The notes under the pieces are model-generated. The model was not told the origin of the DNA. It saw only the letters and a program-made list of their open reading frames with translations, and made no database searches. Shown here in pieces: positions 26,044 to 32,000 of a DNA stretch of 32,000 nt. The translations under genes and the position numbers were made by a program. Source of the DNA: Fidelibacterota bacterium (GTDB taxonomy: Bacteria > Fidelibacterota > Marinisomatia > SCGC-AAA003-L08 > JACNLC01); assembly GCA_018657495.1 (NCBI GenBank), contig JABHXA010000005.1, positions 104,749 to 136,748 of the forward strand, read 5' to 3'. How positions within the stretch are numbered: position 1 is the stretch's first letter; every line of letters starts with the position of its first letter.

Positions 26044-26940
26044 ATGCATGATCATATGCAAGGAGCAACAACAATCCGAAAACATCTCTGGTGGGCGTTT
26101 TGGATTAATTTCATCTTTTTCATAATTGAACTATTTGGCGGGATATATTCCAACAGTCTGGCCTTACTCTCCGATGCCGGTCATATGTTTACAGACGTTA
26201 TGGCATTGGGATTGGCAATATTTGCCTCAAAAATTGGTGAAAAAATAGCCAATGCAAAATGGACATATGGATTTATGCGCGCTGAAGTCATTGGGGCATT
26301 TATCAATGGAGCCACCCTGGTATTTATTTGCGGATTCATCCTTATTGAAGCATTCGAACGAATTGGATCCCCTCAAAATATTCTTGGTGGACCAATGCTG
26401 ATTATCGCGGTGTCAGGTCTTTTTGCAAATGGGATAAGTGCCTGGATCCTGTCAAAAGATCACCAGGACAATATGAATATAAAGGGTGCTTATCTGCATC
26501 TTCTCGCTGATACATTGGGTTCTGTAGGTGCTATCATCTCAGGATTGGCAATTTGGTTGTGGAATTTTACTGTTATCGATATCATTGCCAGTATTTTTAT
26601 TGTCATTCTTATTTTAATTGGGACAAAATCCCTTCTTGAGCAAAGTGTGAAACTTTTAATGGATACGGTTCCAGAACATTTGGATTATAACACTATTAAG
26701 GAATCGATACTTAGCCTGGAACATATTGAACAAGTACATGATCTTCATATATGGTCAATCTCTCAGAATAAACCATCCTTGAGTGCCCATTTAAAATTAT
26801 GTCCGGAATGCACCGAGACTCATCACTGGTCAAAATGTTTGAAAAATACCCAAACCTTCCTGGCAAAAGAGTATGGGATAGAACATTGTACACTCCAAAT
26901 CGAGCCAATGGATTTTGTTGAGGAGGACCATTGTGGATAA
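26044..26940 (+). CDS. Cation diffusion facilitator (CzcD/ZitB-like Zn/Co/Cd efflux) transporter
   Basis: Six hydrophobic helices. SLALLSDAGHMFTD (TM2 HxxxD-type site). HLLADTLGS (TM5). C-terminal HDLHIWSIS...LSAHL domain. His-rich N-terminus MHDHM. Confidence 0.85.
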   Translation: MHDHMQGATTIRKHLWWAFWINFIFFIIELFGGIYSNSLALLSDAGHMFTDVMALGLAIFASKIGEKIANAKWTYGFMRAEVIGAFINGATLVFICGFILIEAFERIGSPQNILGGPMLIIAVSGLFANGISAWILSKDHQDNMNIKGAYLHLLADTLGSVGAIISGLAIWLWNFTVIDIIASIFIVILILIGTKSLLEQSVKLLMDTVPEHLDYNTIKESILSLEHIEQVHDLHIWSISQNKPSLSAHLKLCPECTETHHWSKCLKNTQTFLAKEYGIEHCTLQIEPMDFVEEDHCG

Positions 26941-27047
26941 GATAATGACAATAGGATTTAAGAATCTTCAGCAAAAAATAAATTTTGATTCGCTGTATCC
27001 AAGGTTCCAAATCATCCGTATTTTAGAGGCTAAAATTTTTGGATAAT

Positions 27048-27626
27048 ATGATAAAAATAGGCATACAGGGCGTAAAAGGTAGTTTCAGCGAGGAAGCGGC
27101 AGAATCCTTTGCCCATAATCATGGACTTGAACATTTTGAGCTAATTCCGCTAGTTTCATCAGCAGCTGTGATGAAAAGTCTTGGGGATGAAAGCGTTGAC
27201 TATGGCATTATTGCCATGGAAAATGCCCAGGGTGGTGTTGTCATCGAAAGTGTCCATGCACTTGCCCGGTATCAATGTGAAATCATTGAAATGTTTCATA
27301 TCATGGTTCGACAAAATCTTCTTGCCAAAAGAGGAGTTTTTATTGGTGATATCACCGAAATTCATTCCCACCAGCAGGCGATCAGACAATGTCGTGACTA
27401 TCTTGCCGATCATTTTTGGACCCGTCCGCTTATCGAAGCTGATGATACTGCTGAAGCCGCTCGGCGTTTAAGCGAAGGTAAAATACCGGAAACTGCCGCC
27501 GTCATTGGAAATCGCTCATGTGCAGAATTATATGATTTGACCATTGTCCAGGAAGATATTCACGATTTGAAACATAATCTCACTTTGTTCCTTGGATTAA
27601 GAAAACTACCTGATGATCCTGCCTGA
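27048..27626 (+). CDS. pheA: Prephenate dehydratase catalytic (PDT) domain only, no ACT domain
   Basis: IGIQGVKGSFSEEAA is the PDT N-terminal motif. The body is collinear with PDT and ends ...HNLTLFLGLRKLPDDPA, where canonical enzymes have N.TRF followed by an ~80-aa ACT domain. Only 66 nt separate the stop from tyrA. I prefer the ATG at 27048 over the TTG at 27039. Confidence 0.7.
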   Translation: MIKIGIQGVKGSFSEEAAESFAHNHGLEHFELIPLVSSAAVMKSLGDESVDYGIIAMENAQGGVVIESVHALARYQCEIIEMFHIMVRQNLLAKRGVFIGDITEIHSHQQAIRQCRDYLADHFWTRPLIEADDTAEAARRLSEGKIPETAAVIGNRSCAELYDLTIVQEDIHDLKHNLTLFLGLRKLPDDPA

Positions 27627-27692
27627 CATTTCTTTCATAATCAAATACGCCAAAAGGTATTTCGCAGAAGCGATACCCGGTAATAATATTTT

Positions 27693-28430
27693 ATGACGGT
27701 TGGTATTATTGGGTATGGCAGATTCGGCAGGATTCTGGCAACAATTCTTAAAGCGGGCTATGATTTAAAAATTTACGATCCCTTTTCAACTGATGTGCCA
27801 GATAAATATAGATGCGCGCAACTAGGTGACGTATGCTCTCAATCCCTGGTATTTGTTGCTGTGCCCATCAGAGATTTCTTAAATGTGATAAAAGACATTC
27901 GATCCCATATTGGTGAAAAGACTACAGTTATTGATGTCTGTTCTGTAAAAAAATATCCAGCTGAGGTTATGGAAAAAAATCTTCCTTCCCATGCCGGAAT
28001 AATTTGCAGTCATCCAATGTTCGGACCGGATTCCTATAGTCAGTACAGGGAACAAAAAATGGTCATGCATCCCCTCCGTGATATATATTTTAGGTACGAC
28101 TCGTTGAAAGATTATTTTAAAAGTCACTCCATACGAATCGTTGAGATGACACCTGAAGAACATGACAGACAGGCTGCGGTAAGTCAGGGTATCACCCATT
28201 TTATTGGTCGGGTTCTTGAAAAAGCCGATGTAAAATCAACCGAAATTAATACTCTTGGATTTACCGATCTGCTGGCGGTGATTGAGCAGACCTGCAATGA
28301 CAGTTTAGAATTGTTTAAAGACTTGCAGAGGTTTAATCCATATACAAATGAAACCATTTTACAATTAGAGGATGCTATCCGGCATATTCATTCTTCATTC
28401 AATTCGCCGGAATGCCAAGATGAGGATTAA
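27693..28430 (+). CDS. tyrA: Prephenate/arogenate dehydrogenase (TyrA family)
   Basis: NAD(P) fold MTVGIIGYGRFGRILA, DVCSVK, and SHPMFGP, the TyrA catalytic His motif. Confidence 0.75.
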   Translation: MTVGIIGYGRFGRILATILKAGYDLKIYDPFSTDVPDKYRCAQLGDVCSQSLVFVAVPIRDFLNVIKDIRSHIGEKTTVIDVCSVKKYPAEVMEKNLPSHAGIICSHPMFGPDSYSQYREQKMVMHPLRDIYFRYDSLKDYFKSHSIRIVEMTPEEHDRQAAVSQGITHFIGRVLEKADVKSTEINTLGFTDLLAVIEQTCNDSLELFKDLQRFNPYTNETILQLEDAIRHIHSSFNSPECQDED

Positions 28431-29667
28431 AGGTAAAATATCACTGCCGGGAGATAAATCTATTTCCCATCGAGCGTTACTATTAGCATCGCTTTCTGAG
28501 CAGGACTGTACCATTCAAAACATTTCAAGCGGTGCGGATATAAACTCCACCATGAATTGTCTTAATCATTGCGGGATTAATTTTGATATAGAAGACCACA
28601 CCATTCATGTACGTGGTGACAAACTTAAACATGCATTATTACCACTCAATTGTGGAAATTCAGGGACTTCAGCAAGACTCCTAGGTGGTTTGCTCGCCGG
28701 TCAAAAAATCAGCGCCTCCCTAATTGGAGATTCATCGCTTTCCGGCAGACCCATGAACAGGGTAATCAATCCTCTTCAGAAAATGGGAGCTGATATCACC
28801 TCACTTGACGGACGTTTACCAATCCATATTTCCCCGGCAAATTTGAAGGGAATTTCTTATACGCTGCCCATAGCCAGTGCTCAGGTCAAATCAGCGATTA
28901 TGTTTGCCGGATTGGGTGCAGATGGGCAAACAATCATTACCGAACCCGTAAAAACCCGCGATCATACTGAGAATATGTTTAAATATCTTGGTTTGCCATT
29001 GGAGGTTGAAGATAACCGCATTCTGATCAACAGATTAACCAATTCAGTTCCGCAATTCAGCATTAGGATTCCCGGTGATCCATCCTCAGCTGCTTTTTTT
29101 ACAGCAAGTGTTTTATTATTACCAGAATCAGAGGTAATTTTTACAGATTTATTATTGAATCAAACACGTACTGGATTTTTTGAAATCATCCAGTCTATGG
29201 GTGCCGATGTTGAAATATCAAAAACAGATTCAGTTATGGGCGAACCTATTGGGGATGTTAAAATCAGCTATAAATTACTGTCGTCAATTGAACTTGGGGA
29301 AAACGATATTCCTGCTATAATTGATGAACTACCTTTGCTGGCAGTGCTGGCAACGCAGGCCGTGGGCATAACAAAAATTCTTGGTGCCGAAGAACTTCGA
29401 GTCAAAGAATCGGATAGGATTCATGCTGTCTGCAGTAATTTGTCCAAAATGGGCGCTGATATTACAGAATTAAGAGACGGGTTTATTATTAACGGCCCCA
29501 CAAAATTGAAAGGTTCAAATATTACCACTTTCGGAGATCATCGGATTGCCATGGCATTCAAAATTGCCGGTTTGATTTCCGATGGAGACAACCATCTTGA
29601 TGATGAAAAATGTATTGCAACATCATTCCCTGAATTTCACCAATATCTGGATATATTGACCAGGTAA
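28420..29667 (+). CDS. aroA: 3-phosphoshikimate 1-carboxyvinyltransferase (EPSP synthase)
   Basis: MRIKGKISLPGDKSISHRALLLA, GNSGTSARLLGGLLAG (looks closer to class II than to the E. coli-type LGNAGTAMRPL), LRVKESDR, GDHRIAMAF. I place the start at ATG 28420, which overlaps the tyrA stop by 11 nt, rather than the ORF-track start at 28372. Confidence 0.9.
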   Translation: MRIKGKISLPGDKSISHRALLLASLSEQDCTIQNISSGADINSTMNCLNHCGINFDIEDHTIHVRGDKLKHALLPLNCGNSGTSARLLGGLLAGQKISASLIGDSSLSGRPMNRVINPLQKMGADITSLDGRLPIHISPANLKGISYTLPIASAQVKSAIMFAGLGADGQTIITEPVKTRDHTENMFKYLGLPLEVEDNRILINRLTNSVPQFSIRIPGDPSSAAFFTASVLLLPESEVIFTDLLLNQTRTGFFEIIQSMGADVEISKTDSVMGEPIGDVKISYKLLSSIELGENDIPAIIDELPLLAVLATQAVGITKILGAEELRVKESDRIHAVCSNLSKMGADITELRDGFIINGPTKLKGSNITTFGDHRIAMAFKIAGLISDGDNHLDDEKCIATSFPEFHQYLDILTR

Positions 29668-29683
29668 AACAGGATATTATTTT

Positions 29684-30535
29684 ATGTCAGAAGTTAGATT
29701 ATTTCTCTTGATTGGTGATCCCATTGATCACAGCTTAGGGACAATTCTCCATGAGAATATTTTTAGGCAAACCGGACTGAATGCAGAATATAGTAAGATT
29801 CGTTGCGATGAGGAAGATATCCCAAATGTTCTTGACTATCTGCGATCAGGTGAATTGGATGGTATAAATGTTACTATCCCATATAAAAAGACAGTTATTG
29901 AGCATCTGGACGAATTGAATCCAAGGGCGCGGTTAATCCAGTCTGTAAATACTGTTGCCCATGTTAATGATAAACTGGTGGGATATAATACGGACTGGTG
30001 GGGATTTTCCATGTTGCTGAGGAATCATGATATTCATGCTACTGGAAGGAGCATCATCATTTTTGGAACTGGAGGGTCCGCCCATAGCGTTGCTTATGCT
30101 TTAATCCAGGGTGGGGCTGGTATGCTTATATTTGTAACAAGAGATAAGGAGCATGGCCAAACCCTCATAGACAGTCTGAGCATTATTGATTCTGATACAA
30201 TTTTGACCTGTGTGGAATATGATAAGTTTCCCCCTCTAGTGAAGCCTAACAGTATTATTATCAATACAACTCCACTTGGGATGGGTGATTTTGAAGGCCG
30301 GAGTCCAATGTCCACCGAATTGATGATGAAAGACCAAATCCTAATTGATCTGATTTACAATCCCCTTGAAACTGAATTTATTTATTTGGGGAAGCTTTCA
30401 GGGGCTACAACAATCAATGGATTGGATATGTTTATTCATCAGGGACTATTATCTTTGGATACATGGTATGGAAAAGCGATTTCATCTAATGTAAACATTC
30501 AAAAGATAACCGCTGAATTGGTAGAGAATCTATGA
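29684..30535 (+). CDS. aroE: Shikimate 5-dehydrogenase
   Basis: LIGDPIDHSLGTILHEN, GINVTIPYK, SVNTV, GYNTDWWGF, GTGGSAHSVAYAL, MFIHQG: the AroE motif order. Confidence 0.85.
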   Translation: MSEVRLFLLIGDPIDHSLGTILHENIFRQTGLNAEYSKIRCDEEDIPNVLDYLRSGELDGINVTIPYKKTVIEHLDELNPRARLIQSVNTVAHVNDKLVGYNTDWWGFSMLLRNHDIHATGRSIIIFGTGGSAHSVAYALIQGGAGMLIFVTRDKEHGQTLIDSLSIIDSDTILTCVEYDKFPPLVKPNSIIINTTPLGMGDFEGRSPMSTELMMKDQILIDLIYNPLETEFIYLGKLSGATTINGLDMFIHQGLLSLDTWYGKAISSNVNIQKITAELVENL

Positions 30536-31692
30536 TGCAAAAGATTCAGTTCCTCACCGCTGGCGAATCTCACGGTAAAGGACTCCTTGGAATTATTGAG
30601 GGATTACCTGCAGGCCTGGAAATTGATGAATCATTTATTGCAAAACAACTGATTAGGAGACAACAGGGTTACGGCCGTGGTAAACGGATGCAGATTGAAA
30701 AGGATCATGCTGAAATATATACTGGCGTCAGATTTGGAAAATCACTGGGCTCTCCGATAGGATTGATACTTCCAAACAAAGATTGGGAAAACTGGCAGAT
30801 TAAAATGTCTGTTGAACCAATTGAGGAAGAAGTAAAAACCATCACTTTGCCCCGACCGGGACATGCTGATCTTGCCGGGATCCAAAAATTTGGATTCCAG
30901 GATATCCGCAATGTACTTGAGCGTTCATCTGCCCGGGAAACGGCGATGCGGGTAGCATTGGCGGCCATTTGCAGAAAGTTACTTGAATCATTAAACATCC
31001 ATATCGCCAGCCGAATCATAAGTATCCACGACGTAATTGACAATACCATTGTTCCACCAGAATTAAGCATGCCTGAATTGAATACCCTTGTCGATAAATC
31101 ACCCGTACGATGCCTGGACTCAAATGCAGAATCCAATATGATTTCTGCAATAAAAAAAGCCTCTGATTCGGGGGACTCTGTCGGTGGTGTCATTCAGTTG
31201 ATGGCTACCGGGCTTCCGTATGGACTGGGTTCTTATACTCATTGGCAAAGAAAGCTCCATGCCAGAATTTCTGCAGTTATTATGTCAATCAATGCTTTTA
31301 AAGGGATCGAATTCGGACCGGCATTTGAATATGGACATCGATTGGGAAGCGAAACTCATGATGAAATTGGTTGGGATGGCAAAAATTTCAGCCGATATAC
31401 AAATCATGCTGGCGGAATCGAAGGAGGAATGAGCAATGCCCAACCCTTGGATATTCGTCTGGTTATGAAACCTATTCCCACCCTGATTAAACCCTTGAGG
31501 TCTGTTGATATCCACACAAAAGAACCTAAATCTGCTCATAAAGAGCGGACAGATTCCTGTGCGGTACCGGCTGCATCCATAGTTGCCGAAGCTATGCTGG
31601 CATTTGCTTTAACTGATGCCTTATTAGAAAAATTCGGCGGTGATTCTATGGATCAATTGACCCAGCATATACGTGCCACCGGGAAGTGGTAA
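30532..31692 (+). CDS. aroC: Chorismate synthase
   Basis: TAGESHGKGLLGIIEGLPAG, RRQQGYGRGKRMQIE, RPGHADL, ERSSARETA, SINAFKGIEFG, GGIEGGMSN. It overlaps the aroE stop by 4 nt. Confidence 0.9.
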   Translation: MMQKIQFLTAGESHGKGLLGIIEGLPAGLEIDESFIAKQLIRRQQGYGRGKRMQIEKDHAEIYTGVRFGKSLGSPIGLILPNKDWENWQIKMSVEPIEEEVKTITLPRPGHADLAGIQKFGFQDIRNVLERSSARETAMRVALAAICRKLLESLNIHIASRIISIHDVIDNTIVPPELSMPELNTLVDKSPVRCLDSNAESNMISAIKKASDSGDSVGGVIQLMATGLPYGLGSYTHWQRKLHARISAVIMSINAFKGIEFGPAFEYGHRLGSETHDEIGWDGKNFSRYTNHAGGIEGGMSNAQPLDIRLVMKPIPTLIKPLRSVDIHTKEPKSAHKERTDSCAVPAASIVAEAMLAFALTDALLEKFGGDSMDQLTQHIRATGKW

Positions 31693-32000
31693 TTTCAACC
31701 ACACAAAATATTTATCTCATCGGTATGATGGGCTCATGGAAAACCACCGTCGGGAAAAAGGTGGCAAAACAGAGGGACATTAATTTTATCGACATTGATC
31801 TGGAAATTGAAAAAGAATCAAAAATGACCATAACTGAGATTTTTAATCTTTTGGGAGAACAGAAATTTCGCTCAGAAGAAACTCATATTTTGAAAAAGAT
31901 CAGTAGACTATCCGGTAATATTATTTCCACTGGCGGGGGAATTATTATACAGAGTGAAAACCGCCATATATTGAAAGAGACTGGTTACACAATATTTCTA
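31686..32000 (+). CDS. aroK: Shikimate kinase, 3'-partial (runs off the window), with a variant P-loop
   Basis: NIYLIGMMGSWKTTVGKKVA...FIDIDLEIEK...ITEIF...GEQKFRSEE...ISTGGGII follows the AroK layout. The likely GTG start at 31686 overlaps the aroC stop. The frame is open to nt 32000. It is not in the supplied ORF track because no stop codon is reached. Confidence 0.7.
   Translation, partial: MVISTTQNIYLIGMMGSWKTTVGKKVAKQRDINFIDIDLEIEKESKMTITEIFNLLGEQKFRSEETHILKKISRLSGNIISTGGGIIIQSENRHILKETGYTIFL

Noticed and set aside
26044-26940. CDF transporter as a recent mobile insertion into the aro operon
   Set aside because: There are no flanking direct or inverted repeats and no integrase or transposase. 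The 4-nt spacing to the upstream gene is tight, and by eye the composition does not stand out.
1-32000. Searched for defence systems, toxin-antitoxin pairs, prophage blocks, a mer operon, and tRNA/rRNA/tmRNA genes
   Set aside because: All ORFs longer than 80 aa are accounted for by metabolic, secretome or metal-related families. The intergenic regions are AT-rich and show no cloverleaf-like or rRNA-like conserved segments that I could recognise. Only the ORF6N relic hints at past mobile DNA.

Overview
This is an AT-rich bacterial chromosomal window with 28 protein-coding genes (two run off the window edges) and one gene relic. By eye I found no rRNA, tRNA, CRISPR array, transposase or integrase. 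A T9SS/Por C-terminal sorting domain and the general gene content suggest an FCB-group bacterium (Bacteroidota, Marinimicrobia or Calditrichota-like). That placement is an inference and cannot be confirmed without a database search.

Gene order, left to right:
- a secreted dockerin/T9SS protein
- a TauE/DsbD_2-like membrane protein followed by a CcoI/FixI-type Cu(I) P-type ATPase
- an Rrf2 regulator with a hemerythrin-like protein
- a minus-strand array: phoH, thiolase, hbd, then a terminator, then acyl-CoA dehydrogenase, leucine dehydrogenase, nusB
- a 512-bp intergenic region holding a 127-bp tandem repeat with hairpins
- a dockerin/beta-propeller protein
- hgcA-hgcB
- an ORF6N relic
- an LRR-dockerin protein
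- glgA-glgC
- two tandem S8 proteases with dockerins
- a thioesterase
- an aromatic amino-acid operon: chorismate mutase, CDF transporter, pheA, tyrA, aroA, aroE, aroC, aroK

Main findings:
1. A complete hgcAB mercury-methylation pair carries both diagnostic motifs. Its cysteine layout is atypical, and it lies in a non-canonical host and genomic context.
2. Five secreted proteins carry dockerin-type modules on non-cellulolytic cargo: two proteases, an LRR protein, a beta-propeller and a T9SS substrate. This suggests an uncharacterised dockerin-mediated surface assembly.
3. A tandem 127-bp hairpin/terminator element is a candidate small RNA or leader.
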